From assembly GCF_964213995.1 (NCBI RefSeq), contig NW_027592543.1, forward strand, positions 1-51,484: DNA of 51,484 bases. The letters run 5' to 3'. Position 1 is the stretch's first letter. Each line of letters opens with the position of its first letter. Both the position numbers and the translations under genes were made by a program. Positions 12,872 to 24,437 of this stretch are shown here, one piece after another. The notes under the pieces were generated by a model. The model saw only the letters and a list, made by a program, of their open reading frames with translations, was not told where the DNA came from and searched no databases. The stretch comes from Mustelus asterias. Taxonomy: Eukaryota.

Positions 12872-14075
12872 AAGGCTGCAGATACCTCCTCCCAAGTAAC
12901 ATGCGTGTGCCCAAGACATCACCACTTGTTTCCCTTATTTCTTTAGCACCCATGGTGCTCTCCGCAGTAAACACAGAGGAGAAGTATTCATTAAAAATCT
13001 CACCCATCTCCTGTGGCTCCACACACAGATGGCCATACTGATTTTTAAGGGGATCTATTCTCTCTCGAGCCACCCTTTTACTCTTAATATAGTGATAGAA
13101 CCTCTTGGAATTTTCTTTAATCTTACCTGCCAGATCCATATCAGACCCTCTTTTTGTCCTCCTGATTTCCCTCCTCAGTATTTTCTTACACTTTTTATAG
13201 TCAGAGTGATTCACTTGTCCCCGATTGCCTAAACCCAATGTATGCTTCCTTCTTTTACCTGACCAGAGCCTCAATGTCCCTTGTCTGCCAGAGATCCCTA
13301 AATTTACCATTCTTTCCCTTCATCTTAACAGGAATATACTGCCCCTGGACTCTTGATATCACACTTTTAAAACCTCCCATTTGCCAGTCATTCCTTTCCC
13401 CTCAAACAAACTCACCTAATCGACATCTGCTCGATCCTGCCTAATGCCCACAAAAGTGGCCCTGCTCCAGTTTAGGGCCTTGACCTGTGGACCTGTCCTA
13501 TCTTTTTCCTGAACTATTTTGAAACTATTGGTGCTCCCAATAGTGCTCCCTGACTGACACTTCAGTCACTTGCTCCACCTCATTTCTTAACTGTCGAATA
13601 GAAAGTGAGTCCAGGAATTGATGATGAAAAATAAGGAGCTGGGAGATGAATTGAACAAGTATTTTGCCTCGGTGTTCACAATAGAGGATACAGTTAAAAC
13701 TCAGAAACAGCTGGAAATCAGAAAACAGAAGTGTGGGATGAACTCTGAAAAAGCACAATTCCCAGGGAAGTGGTCCTCAGCAAACTGTTGGAGCTGTGGG
13801 CTGATGAGTCCTCGGGTCCTGCTGGGCTTCATTCTCGGGTCTTAACAGAGTGAGATAGTTGATGTGTTGTTCAATTTTCTAAAATTCCCCATCAGGAATT
13901 GGATAAAGGGAAACCGGTGGATGCGCTGTACTTAGATTTCCAGAAGACATTTGATGAGGTGCCACATCAAAGGTTATTGCAGCAAATAAAAATTCATGCT
14001 GCGGGGATAACATTTTGGCGTGGATAGAAGATTGGCTAACAGCAAACAGTGGGCAGAAATGGATCATTTTCTGGT
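12872..14075. mobile_element. CR1 fragments (minus ~12872-13575; plus ~13600-14075)
   Basis: IKENSKRFY.YIKSKRV.RERI.PLK...EMGEI.NEYFSSVFT on minus; ELNKYFASVFT and AW.EDWL on plus. Confidence 0.8.
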
Positions 14076-14119
14076 TTAAGAGAGAGAGAGACCTGGGCCA
14101 ACCTTTCCAGAGTCTGCAC

Positions 14120-14815
14120 CCTCTCTGGATTCACTTCCTTTCCCTTCAGTTGCTCCAAGTCCCCAATTTCGGCCAGAATGAGAAAAGAAATGGAAAGGGG
14201 GTTGAAAAGAAAGTGTTTTACTCACAGATGTTGGAGACAGGGGGAAGTTTGAGTCTGTCTGAAGATCAATCTTCATTCACACAAAGCCCACGCTCTGATT
14301 GGCTGGAAGACCAGAGTCCTTCCGGTCCTCCAACTCTTCCCATTGGTCAACACCTCAGCATGAAGATCAGAGGGTGGGTTCTCCCCCGCACATGCGCAGC
14401 TTCCCCTCTCCCTCGAACATGTGCAGTCCCGGGCCCGGGGGAGGGGGAGCTCACCGAGCGGCTTCTCGCTCTTGCCGGAGCCGTCAGCCGGTTGCCTGGA
14501 AACCTTGGTTCAAGGAGGTGTAGGGGGAGGGGAACAGTGGGTGGGGGCGGGGCTCCCGGGTCCGCGCGCCCGGGCCTGCGCACTGGAACCCGGAGACGTC
14601 ACCGCGGAGCACAGTGATTCCTATTGGCTGATTCAGGCAGGGCTCCATTGTGATGTCACAATGCGGATGTTGGCCAGTGAGCTTCAGAGTGAAACTCCCT
14701 CCTCTGTTCAACATCTGGGAGGAAATCAATGTTTCCCCCTTTCCGTTTCTTTTCTCATTCTGGGGGAAATTGGGGACTTGCAGCAACTGAAGGAAAAGTA
14801 AGTGAATTCGGTCTG
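14120..14815. promoter_or_regulatory. CpG-island bidirectional promoter flanked by two inverted exon-1 modules
   Basis: CpG-rich 14380-14670 with ATTGG (CCAAT) boxes, GGGGCGGGG GC box and CATGCGCA; 14120-14265 is the reverse-complement homolog of 14680-14815. Confidence 0.65.
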
Positions 14816-14931
14816 TACATTCCACACATTTTTACTCCAGTAATGTAGACATTTATCTGTCTGGCAGCCTGCATGGAAATTTTCAGCTCTCTGCATCCAG
14901 GCAAGAAGCAGTGAGCATGGATCTGTCAATC

Positions 14932-15312
14932 ACACATGAGGACGGCCTCAACCGGGATCTTGGGTTCATGTCACACTATCTGTAACCCCCACGACTTGCC
15001 TGGGCTTGCAAAATCTCACTAACTGTCCTGGCTGGAGACAATACACATCTCTTTAACCTGTGCTTAACCCTCTCTCCACTCACATTGTCTGTACCTTTAA
15101 GACTTGATTACCTGTAAAGACTCGTATTCCAACCATTATTCTGTAAATTGAGTTTGTGTCTTTATATGCCCTGTTTGTGAACAGAACTCCCACTCACCTG
15201 ATGAAGGGGCAGCGCTCCGAAAGCCTGTGGCTTATGCTACCAAATTAACCTGTTGGATTTTAACCTGGTGTTATGAGATTACTTAGTGTGCTTATCCCAG
15301 TCCAACGCCGGC
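14932..15312 (+). mobile_element. Penelope-like element 3' end (ORF C-terminus + pLTR with hammerhead motif)
   Basis: THEDGLNRDLGFMSHYL* resembles Penelope GIY-YIG C-termini; CTGATGA-A-GGGGC-AGC-GCTCC-GAAA at 15198-15222 with U16.1 changed to C. Confidence 0.8.
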
Positions 15313-15468
15313 ACATCTTTGGACTGTGGAAGGAAAACCGGAACACCCGGAGGAAACCCACAGACACGGGGAGAATGTAGAAACTCTGCACAGACAGTGA
15401 CCTGAGGCTGGAATTGAACCCGGGTCCCTGGCGCTGTTAGGCAGCTGCATTAACCACTGTGCCACCGG
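15313..15468 (-). mobile_element. HE1-type SINE 5' part
   Basis: Reverse complement of the SINE head and core seen at 1100. Confidence 0.8.
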
Positions 15469-15521
15469 GCCACATGTCCGTGCCATCGCCCGACTCCAGC
15501 CCAGTCTCAGCTCATCTGGAA

Positions 15522-15631
15522 CCCTCACCCATTCCATTGTGACGTCACACCCTCACCCATTCCATTGTGACATCACACTCTCACCCATTCCATTGTGACG
15601 TCACACGCTCACCCATTCCATTGTGACGTCA
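15522..15631. repeat. 28-bp x4 tandem repeat, each unit with a CRE
   Basis: TGACGTCA at 15540, 15596, 15624; TGACATCA at 15568. Confidence 0.9.
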
Positions 15632-15639
15632 GGGCTTCC

Positions 15640-16420
15640 CTCGCCGATCACAATCCCTGCCGGCCTCCCACATGCAGCCTCAATGGCGGCAGTCAGCCCG
15701 GGTCTAACACTACAAGCTGCCGCTCCATTTGGTACAAAGGGGGGGACCGGGAAGTTCATTTCCGGGTTTGGGTTTGAACAACATGTTTACAAAGTCTCTC
15801 CACCCACCCGCCACATTTATCATTCCCCGCGCGCCGCCCTCTACCTCGTATTGATCTCGCTTCCAAGTTGAAACCGTCCGTCCGTCGCCATTACCCGCAC
15901 TGCGCATGCTTTAGGTCCCGCCCCTCATTCACTCCGATTGGTTGGAGGACCAGCCGCTGCCACACGGTCCTCCAACCCCGCCCCCTCTTCCTATTGGTCC
16001 GGAGCTGCCGTCAATCAGTCCCCGGGCATTGTGATGTGGAGCATGCGCAGTGTCATTGCTGTCCTTGGCGCTTGTTTGTCCCGGAGAAGCGGAGTCAGCG
16101 TTAGGCGGTGGCTGGGAGGATTTGGAAACACTTTGTGGATCTGCAAACCCTTCAGAATCATTGTCAGCTCCCTGGTTTGCAGCTGCGGGGCTTCTCCCTC
16201 CCTCCCTCCCGGGAACAGGCCCAGGTTAACGGCCCCATCCTGGCTCAGCCACTGGAGGATGGTTCACATCAGAGGATGGGGGAGGGGGACAATAAATAAG
16301 AGGTTACACTTTGGCCTCAAATCAATGAGGACTCTGATCTCTGGGAAGGAAGGAAACCCTGGGAGGTGGGCGGGGAGGATTCACAAACACCCGCTGGAGG
16401 CCCCAACACACCCAATAAGA
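15640..16420 (+). promoter_or_regulatory. CpG island / probable promoter of ZNF-B
   Basis: High CpG density; NRF1-like TGCGCATGC and GCATGCGCA, GC boxes, ATTGG boxes, ETS-like GGAAGT; 16345-16400 resembles 26620-26700. Confidence 0.6.
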
Positions 16421-16469
16421 CCCATTGGTTTTATTGTCAGTCTGCAGACAGGAGCTGGAGAACTGAATC

Positions 16470-16637
16470 CAGTAAGATTTTTAACAACACCAGGTTAAAG
16501 TCCAACAGGTTTATTTGGTAGCAAACACCATTAGCTACCATTAGGTGTTTGCTACCAAATAAACCTGTTGGACTTTAACCTGGTGTTGTTAAAACTCTTA
16601 CTGTGTTCACCCCAGTCCAACGCCGGCATCTCCACAT
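16470..16637. mobile_element. Penelope-like pLTR fold-back insertion (60-bp arms)
   Basis: Arms 16470-16529 and 16544-16603 match 59/60; flanking duplication AGAACTGAA(T/C)CCAG. Confidence 0.8.
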
Positions 16638-17196
16638 CAGAACTGAACCCAGACAGAGGAGAGGGAGGGAGCAAACTGGGAGTGGAGAAAAGAGATGGTG
16701 AGATGGGTTTGGATTTCAGCCCAGGGAGGAGGGAGAGTTTGTGGGACAGGAATTTATTGATTTGGGGAACAAGAGAGGAAGAAATGTTCCAGAGAATTAG
16801 AATTGCCTGTTCAAAATTTCTATCCTGGACTGACAGTGATTAATTTTGTAAACTCCTTTTACAGGTGAGGTGAAGAAACATCACATCAAAATCAGACAGA
16901 GTCTCGATTCACTTGGACTTACATATCCTCAGACTTTGAATGTGGAAGGAGAAATGTTTGTCTTCTGTCTGGAGGAGAAGATTTCAAACATCAGCGTGAC
17001 TGAAAAAGCACCAAGATACACGCACACCCGAGTGAGAGTGTTTCAGTGAGTTGACTGTGGAAAGAGCTTTATCCAGTTACACAGCCTTAAAAAACATCAC
17101 ACCATTCACAGCACGGAGAAACTGTACACGTGTTCTGTGTGTGGATGAGGCTTCAACTGATCGTTTAACCTGGAGAAACATAAGGACACCAGCACC

Positions 17197-17943
17197 ATGG
17201 AGAAACCGTGGAAATGTGGGGACTGTGGGAAAGGATTCAGTTACCCTTCCCTGTTGGAAAACCATCGGCGCAGTCACACTGGGGAGAGACCGTTCACCTG
17301 TTCTGTCTGTGGGGAGGGATTCATTCAGTCATCTGGCCTTTGGTCTCACCAGAGAATTCACACTGAGGAAAAGCCATTCATCTGCACCTCCTGTGGGAAG
17401 AGGTTCAGGCATTCTTCAGCACTCACTGTGCACCAACGCACTCACACCGGGGAGAGACCATTCATCTGCTCCGCGTGTGGGAAGCGATTCACTCAGTCAT
17501 TCCACCTGCTGTCACACCAGCGAGTTCATACTGGGGAGAGGCCGTTCACCTGCTCCGACTGTGGGAAGGGATTCACTGGGTCATCCCACTTACTGTCACA
17601 CCAGCGAGTTCACATTGAGGAGAAGCCATTCAGCTGCACTGACTGTGGACGGAGTTTCAGACAGGCATCCTCCCTCGTTGCACACCAGCGAATTCACACT
17701 GGGGAGAGACTGTTTACTTGCTTTGTGTGTGGAAAGGGATTCACAGTTTTACCCACCCTGCTGAGACACCAGAAAATTCACACTGAAGAGAAGCCATTCA
17801 GCTGCACTGACTGTGGAAAGAATTTCAGGCAGTCATCCAACCTCACTGCTCACCGACGCACTCACACTGCAGAAAGACCATTTACATGCTCCGTGTGTGG
17901 GAAGGGATTCAATCGGCCATCCAACCTCTCTGCTCACCAGTGA
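17197..17943 (+). CDS. Tandem C2H2 zinc-finger protein (ZNF-B): 8 complete fingers, truncated in finger 9; decayed fingers continue to 18120
   Basis: accATGg [14 protein letters not shown]; TGA at 17941 replaces the usual Arg of HQR; two more finger remnants with another stop; acceptor AG 16863-16864. Could be a pseudogene. Confidence 0.75.
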   Translation: MEKPWKCGDCGKGFSYPSLLENHRRSHTGERPFTCSVCGEGFIQSSGLWSHQRIHTEEKPFICTSCGKRFRHSSALTVHQRTHTGERPFICSACGKRFTQSFHLLSHQRVHTGERPFTCSDCGKGFTGSSHLLSHQRVHIEEKPFSCTDCGRSFRQASSLVAHQRIHTGERLFTCFVCGKGFTVLPTLLRHQKIHTEEKPFSCTDCGKNFRQSSNLTAHRRTHTAERPFTCSVCGKGFNRPSNLSAHQ

Positions 17944-18829
17944 CTTCACACAGGGGAGAGGCCGTTCACTTGCTCCATGTGTGGGAAGGGATTTGCAAAG
18001 TCTTTCAACCTGCTGGCTCACCAATGCACTCACACTAAGAGGCCATTCAACTGCTCTGTGTGTGGGAAGGGATTCACTCAGTCACAATGACTCCTGAGAC
18101 TTCAGCAAGTTCATAAGTGACTGCAGGGGGTGGACTCTGCTGTTATTGCTGCTGTTCAGCATTGATAGTCTGACAATATTTTATTTCTGCTGATAAATCC
18201 CATAACTGGCTGGAATGTAATATTCTGGAGATGTCACTTCAATATTCTGCAATGTCACTTTTTAAAAGCATCACCAGTGATCTTCCCCCTTAATTGAAGA
18301 ACTCTCAACAGGAACCTGTTTGGAATAAAATTATGAACTTTTGCTTCAATTCAAAATTCATTCTTGGGTCAAAATCTACAATTCAGGATCTGAAAGATCC
18401 ATCGGCAGGGTTCAAAGTATTTCTTTTCAATGCTTTTGTTGGGATTTTCTCGAGAGCTACTCTTTGATTTTAAGGGCTATTTTTTGGTTTCTCGGGGATC
18501 CTTTTCCTTTCTCAACAACTCCTTTGTTTAGTGATGTAGTCACATAGTAACATAACCTTTTGTGTGCATGTTGAATATCTTTTGAGTTTGCTTTTTTCGA
18601 TAAGATAGCACAAATACCGACGACTGTGTGGAGATTAAATCTTTCAAATTGTAATCTATAAATAAGATTTTTTTGTTAATTTATTAAAAAATACTCCGAT
18701 AGTCCATTTCCAAAACTGACTATTTGACACAAGGTAACTGAATCGGGGCAGACTGTTTTTTGGATCAGACCCTGGAGCAGGAAAAAACTCACCCGATTCT
18801 CATCTTCATTGTGTGTAAATTAACATTAA

Positions 18830-19093
18830 TCTGTCCGTGTGGAGTTTGCACATTCTCCTTGTGTCTGCGTGGGTTTCCTCTGGGTGCTCCAGTTTCCTCC
18901 CACAGTCCAAAGATGTTAGGTTGATTGGCCATGCTAAAATTGCCCCTTAGTGCCCTGAGATGCGTAGGTCAGAGGGATTAGTGGGTAAAATATGTCGGGA
19001 TATGGGAGTAGGGCCTGGGTGGGATTGTGGTCGGTGCAGACTCGATGGGCCGAATGGCCTCTTTCTGTACTGTAGGGTTTCTATGATTCTATG
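18830..19093 (+). mobile_element. HE1-type SINE (5'-truncated)
   Basis: Similar to 1180-1446. Confidence 0.85.
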
Positions 19094-19928
19094 ATTAATA
19101 ACCCATCAATAACCTCACTACACCAGCCGAGATCAGCTCTGACCGGGGGTTCTGTATGTTGTCTGTGAGTGTTAACCTGCAAATAAAAGCAGTGTAGAAT
19201 ATGAACCTGGATGAATGTATCTCAATTTCTATGTGATGACCCAAGTGATTGGTAGGTAAGTTCAGAATACCTGGTTACTCAAATTCCTGAGCTGTCCACC
19301 CCACCGACTGAGATATGCAAAAATAATGTTCAGCAGGATGGGGAAAGCTCTGTGTTGTCAATGGTTGGTTCATTCCTTTTGAGGTTCACATTGATATGAA
19401 ACGAGTTCTGTAGCAGGAAGACACAACTCCTCCACGCATCACAGACGGACTGCTGGGTCAGTGAACTTCTTTTCTCAAAATAGGTGGCAAAGCTGTTCCT
19501 CCAATTTGAGACTCTGTCTCTGCAGATGTAGCAACATCGGGAGAGACAGAATCTGTGATTGGAGGAGATAGTCTTCATTGTTTCTGTCTCTCCCATGTAC
19601 AGGGTGATTTTTCTTCCAGTAGTTCCTCCCATGACAGAATTTCCTCGGCCGTTTTGAGGGTGAATTCACCCTCCACAGCCATGTATTTTGAATCCTGGTT
19701 CTGAAATATTCTCACTCTGGGTTTAAGGCTTCCTGGCGTAATACACAGATTTAGATCTTGCCACCGAACACCAATTCATATCCTCATCTGAGTCCCAGAT
19801 TTAAATGTGGTTGTCCAAACCAGAAACCACATATAATTTGACTCTTTTTAAACCTGATTCACCACACCCTGCCACACTAACTACAAGAGATTGTGTTTGG
19901 GACCAGTTGTTCCGTTAAAGTCTGTGTT

Positions 19929-21605
19929 ACATAAGAACATAAGAAATAGGAGCAGGAGTAGGCCATCTAGCCCCTCGAGCCTGCCCCGCCATTCAATAAG
20001 ATCATGGCTGATCTGACGTGGATCAGTACCACTTACCCGCCTGATCCCCATAACCCTTAATTCCCTTACCGATCAGGAATCCATCCATCCGCGCTTTAAA
20101 CATATTCAGCGAGGTAGCCTCCACCACCTCAGTGGGCAGAGAATTCCAGAGATTCACCACCCTCTGGGAGAAGAAGTTCCTCCTCAACTCTGTCTTAAAC
20201 CGACCCCCCTTTATTTTGAGGCTGTGTCCTCTAGTTTTAACTTCCTTACTAAGTGGAAAGAATCTCTCCGCCTCCACCCTATCCAGCCCCCGCATTATCT
20301 TATAAGTCTCCATAAGATCCCCCCTCATCCTTCTAAACTCCAACGAGTACAAACCCAATCTCCTCAGCCTCTCCTCATAATCCAAATCCCTCATCTCCGG
20401 AATCAACCTGGTGAACCTTCTCTGCACTCCCTCCAATGCCAATATATCCTTCCTCATATAAGGGGACCAATACTGCACACAGTATTCCAGCTGCAGCCTC
20501 ACCAATGCCCTGTACAGGTGCATCAAGACATCCCTGCTTTTATATTCTATCCCCCTCGCGATATAGGCCAACATCCCATTTGCCTTCTTGATCACCTGTT
20601 GTACCTGCAGACTGGGCTTTTGCGTCTCATGCACAAGGACCCCCAGGTCCCTTTGCACGGTAGCATGTTTTAATTTGTTTCCATTGAGATAGTAATCCCA
20701 TTTGTTATTATTTCCTCCAAAGTGTATAACCTCGCATTTCTCAACGTTATACTCCATTTGCCATATCCTCGCCCACTCACTCAGCCTGTCCAAATCTCTC
20801 TGCAGATCTTCTCCGTCCTCCACACGATTCACTTTTCCACTTATCTTTGTGTCGTCTGCAAACTTCGTTACCCTACACTCCGTCCCCTCCTCCAGATCAT
20901 CTATATAAATGGTAAATAGTTGCGGCCCGAGTACCGATCCCTGCGGCACGCCACTAGTTACCTTCCTCCAACCGGAAAAACACCCATTTATCCGACTCTT
21001 TGCTTCCTGTCAGTTAGCCAGTCCCCAATCCACTTTAACACACTACCCCCAACTCCGTGTGCCCTAATCTTCTTCAGCAGCCTTTTATGGGGCACCTTAT
21101 CAAACGCCTTTTGGAAATCCAAAAACACCGCATTCACCGGTTCTCCTCCATCAACCGCCCTAGTCACATCTTCATAAAAATCCAACATGTTCGTCAAGCA
21201 CGACTTTCCCCTCATGAATCCATGCTGCGTCTGATTGATCGAACCATTTCTATCCAGATGCCCTGCTATCTCCTCTTTAATAATGGATTCCAGCATTTTC
21301 CCTACTACAGACGTTAAGCTGACCGGCCTATAGTTACCCGCCTTTTGTCTCCTTCCTTTTTTAAACAGCGGCGTAACATTAGCCGTTTTCCAATCAACCG
21401 GCACTACCCCAGAATGCAACGAGTTTTGATAAATAATCACTAACGCATCCACTATTACCTCTGACATTTCTTTCAATACCCTGGGATGCATTCCATCCGG
21501 ACCCGGGGACTTGTCCACCTTCAGTCCCATTAGTCTACCCAGCACTGCCTCTCTGGTAACATTAATTGTATTAAGTATTTCTCCTGCTGCCAACCCTCTA
21601 TCGTT
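19929..21605 (-). mobile_element. Young 5'-truncated CR1 LINE (RT domain, one frameshift)
   Basis: ORFs 20988-21692 and 20023-20949 join through a 1-bp deletion near 20990 (RKQRVG/NG); [30 protein letters not shown]; tail (TTCTTATG)n. Confidence 0.95.
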
Positions 21606-22102
21606 GTTCTCAATGATGACAGTTTTAACCTCTCCATAACCTGTCCTAACCCTTCTGCCCTCCAGGGGGCTCTGTTTTTCTGATGGTGACATTCCCTGTT
21701 TACCCAGTCAGCCCTTGAATTGTTTGTGAATCCAGTCACATGTCGGTTAGACTGGATCAGGGCGGCAGATTTCCTTCCTTAAAGGGATTAGAGAACCAGA
21801 TGTGTTTTTACAACAATTAATTCATGCTCATCAATATTTTTATTGAAACGTGGTGGGATTCAAACCCAGGTCCCAAAATCATTCTAATAAAAACAGAAAA
21901 TACTGGATAAACTCAGCAGGTCTGTTTTATTCAGAATTCCAGCATCTGCAGGATTTTGCTTTCTCCCAAAATCATTACCCTGGATTATCCTCCAGCTCTA
22001 ATTCCAGTTCCAGGATCCCACAACTCTCTGTATTTCCCAGGAGGGGGGTGGGGGAAAGAAAGTGTTTTTCTCATAAATGTTGGCCAGAGGAGGGAGTTTG
22101 TG

Positions 22103-22780
22103 TGTGTGTGTGAAGTTTGAGACTGTGTGTGAAGTTTGAGTCTGTGTGTGAAGCTTGAGTCTGTGTGTGAAGTTTGAGTCTGTGGTGAAGTTTGAGTCTG
22201 TGTGTGAAGTTTGAGTCTGTGGTGAAGTTTGAGTCTGTGTGTGAAGTTGGAGTCTGTGTGTGAAGTTTGAGTCTGTGGTGAAGTTTGAGTCTGTGGTGAA
22301 GTTTGAGTCTGTGTGTGAAGTTTGAGTCTGTGATGAAGTTTGAGTCTGTGGTGAAGTTTGAGTCTGTGTGTGAAGTTTGAGTCTGTGGTGAAGTTTGAGT
22401 CTGTGTGTGAAGTTTGAGTCTGTGGTGAAGTTTGAGTCTGTGTGTGAAGTTTGAGTCTGTGTGTGAAGTTTGAGTCTGTGGTGAAGTTTGAGTCTGTGGT
22501 GAAGTTTGAGTCTGTGTGTGAAGTTTGAGTCTGTGGTGAAGTTTGAGTCTGTGTGTGAAGTTTGAGTCTGTGGTGAAGTTTGAGTCTGTGTGTGAAGTTT
22601 GAGTCTGTGTGAAGTTTGAGTCTGTGTGTGAAGTTTGAGTCTGTGGTGAAGTTTGAGTCTGTGGTGAAGTTTGAGTCTGTGGTGAAGTTTGAGTCTGTGT
22701 GTGAAGTTTGAGTCTGTGGTGAAGTTTGAGTCTGTGTGTAAAGTTTCAGTCTGTGGTGAAGTTGGAGTCTGTGGTGAAGC
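22103..22780. repeat. Minisatellite of interspersed 19-bp (GAAGTTTGAGTCTGTGTGT) and 18-bp (GAAGTTTGAGTCTGTGGT) units, roughly 35 copies
   Basis: Directly visible. Confidence 0.95.
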
Positions 22781-22799
22781 TACAAACAGAAGCTGTTCT

Positions 22800-23260
22800 G
22801 TTTCAAATCAAACTGCGGGACTTGGAGGAAAATATTGGAATCTATCATTCAGGAAGTGGTAACAATACAATTAGAAAATTAGAACATGATTGGACAAAGT
22901 CAACATTGGTTTATGAAAGAATTTGACCAATCCAGTAGAATTTGTTGAGGATGTAACTAACAGGTTAGATAAAGGGGAACCAGAGAATATTGCATTGATT
23001 GAATTTCTAAATGCCATTTGATAAGGTGCCATACACAAGTTGTTGCACAGGATAAGGGCTCAGGTCATTGGGGGTGAAATATTAGCATTGGTAAAGGAGT
23101 TGTTAAAGGACAAAGAGAAGGGATTGATGTGTCATTTTCAGGTTGGCAGCTTCTTATTATGGGGACAGCACAAGAGGCAGGACAGGAGTTTATTAACAAT
23201 CCATATTCATGACTTATTTCAAGAGACCAAGTCCAATGTGTTGAAGTTTCCCGATGGGAG
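22800..23260 (+). mobile_element. Old CR1 RT fragment
   Basis: Degenerate QHGF, AFDKVPH and GGEILA motifs. Confidence 0.65.
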
Positions 23261-23264
23261 ACTG

Positions 23265-23630
23265 TCTCAGGGCAAACAACATCAAGGTGGTCAATACAAA
23301 TGACACACGGACCCCGTAAAATATATCCTCACAAACCTCTCCACTGCGGACCATCTCCCTGGGGAAAACATTGTGGTGACCGGCACATGTGGAGGCAGAA
23401 CTGAAATTTGGTTCAGTTTCAAAGACCATCATCACCAAACTCTCAACATCCGAGGTATCGAGAGGAAGATCAGAAGTGGAGCGGTGGCAGAGCAAGACCA
23501 GAGGTGGAGCGGAGCTGCAGAGCTCCCCCCATCCCCCTTGAGCATTAACAACAACATCATGAACTGCCAGTTCTGTGGATGTCCATGTCGATCCCACATC
23601 GGACTCTCCCGTCAGGACATGATCCACAGA
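23265..23630 (+). mobile_element. RTE-clade LINE 3' fragment
   Basis: G....GGQ.K..D motif and terminal C..C...C.SHIGL resemble RTE ORF ends. Confidence 0.55.
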
Positions 23631-24099
23631 AAACAACATTCTCCCTGTTCTCTGGATGGGGTAACTATACTCTGTATTATTGCAGTGCTATTAATACAGT
23701 CAGTAAAATACAATCTTTTGTTGGGAGTTTGATTAGCTGGTGTCTGAAACCACAAAATTCAATATTTAGAGTCAACAAGATGAACAAGGAAACACATCAG
23801 GGCCCAAACTCCAGCTGGATATTCACAGGAGAAAGTTTTATCTCACTCATCGAGTGGACAGAACAGAGAAAGATCCCAACTGTAAGAAACCCTCCAATCA
23901 TTTATGAATATCTTTCAAATGCTGACAGGTTGCAACTCCCAGTTTCCATTATACTGAATCAATGGAAGGTGAGAGAGCGGTTATCCTGGAACTAATAAAA
24001 ACACTAGCTAGATCACAGCTAGAGTACTCAGCACCATTCTAGTTAGGGGGTGGTTAGCCAGAGAGTGTGGCTCAGAAGGTCCTAGTTCCTTAACAGAGA

Positions 24100-24437
24100 T
24101 GGCGGCACGGTAGCACAGTGATTAGCACTGCTGCTTCACAGCTCCAGGGACCTGGGTTCGATTCCCGGCTTGGGTCACTGTCTGTGTGGAGTTTGCAATT
24201 CTCCTCATGTCTGCCTGGGTTTCCTTTGGGTGCTCTGGTTTCCTCCCACAGTCCAAAGATGTGCGGGTTAGGTTGATTGGCCATGCTAAAAATTGCCCTT
24301 AGTGTCCTGAGATGTGCAGATTAGTGGGTAAATATGTAGGGATATGGGGGTAGGGCCTGGGTGGGATTGTGGTCGGTGCAGACTCGATGGGCCAAATGGC
24401 CTCTTTCTGTACTGTAGGGTTCCTATGATTTCTATGA
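24100..24437 (+). mobile_element. HE1-type SINE, full length (followed by CR1 3' fragment to ~24720)
   Basis: Same structure as 1100-1446; B box GGTTCGATTCC. Confidence 0.88.

Noticed and set aside
15195-15230. Active hammerhead (also ~10820-10895, ~12735-12775, 42831-42860)
   Set aside because: Core positions are mutated (U16.1 to C, broken CUGANGA or GAAA).
14015-16498. ORFs of 110-200 aa across the CpG islands
   Set aside because: GC-rich, stop-poor promoter DNA, partly CR1-derived; no recognisable domain.
22103-22780. CRISPR-like array
   Set aside because: No unique spacers, no cas genes, eukaryotic context; a plain minisatellite. The same applies to 31681-31880.
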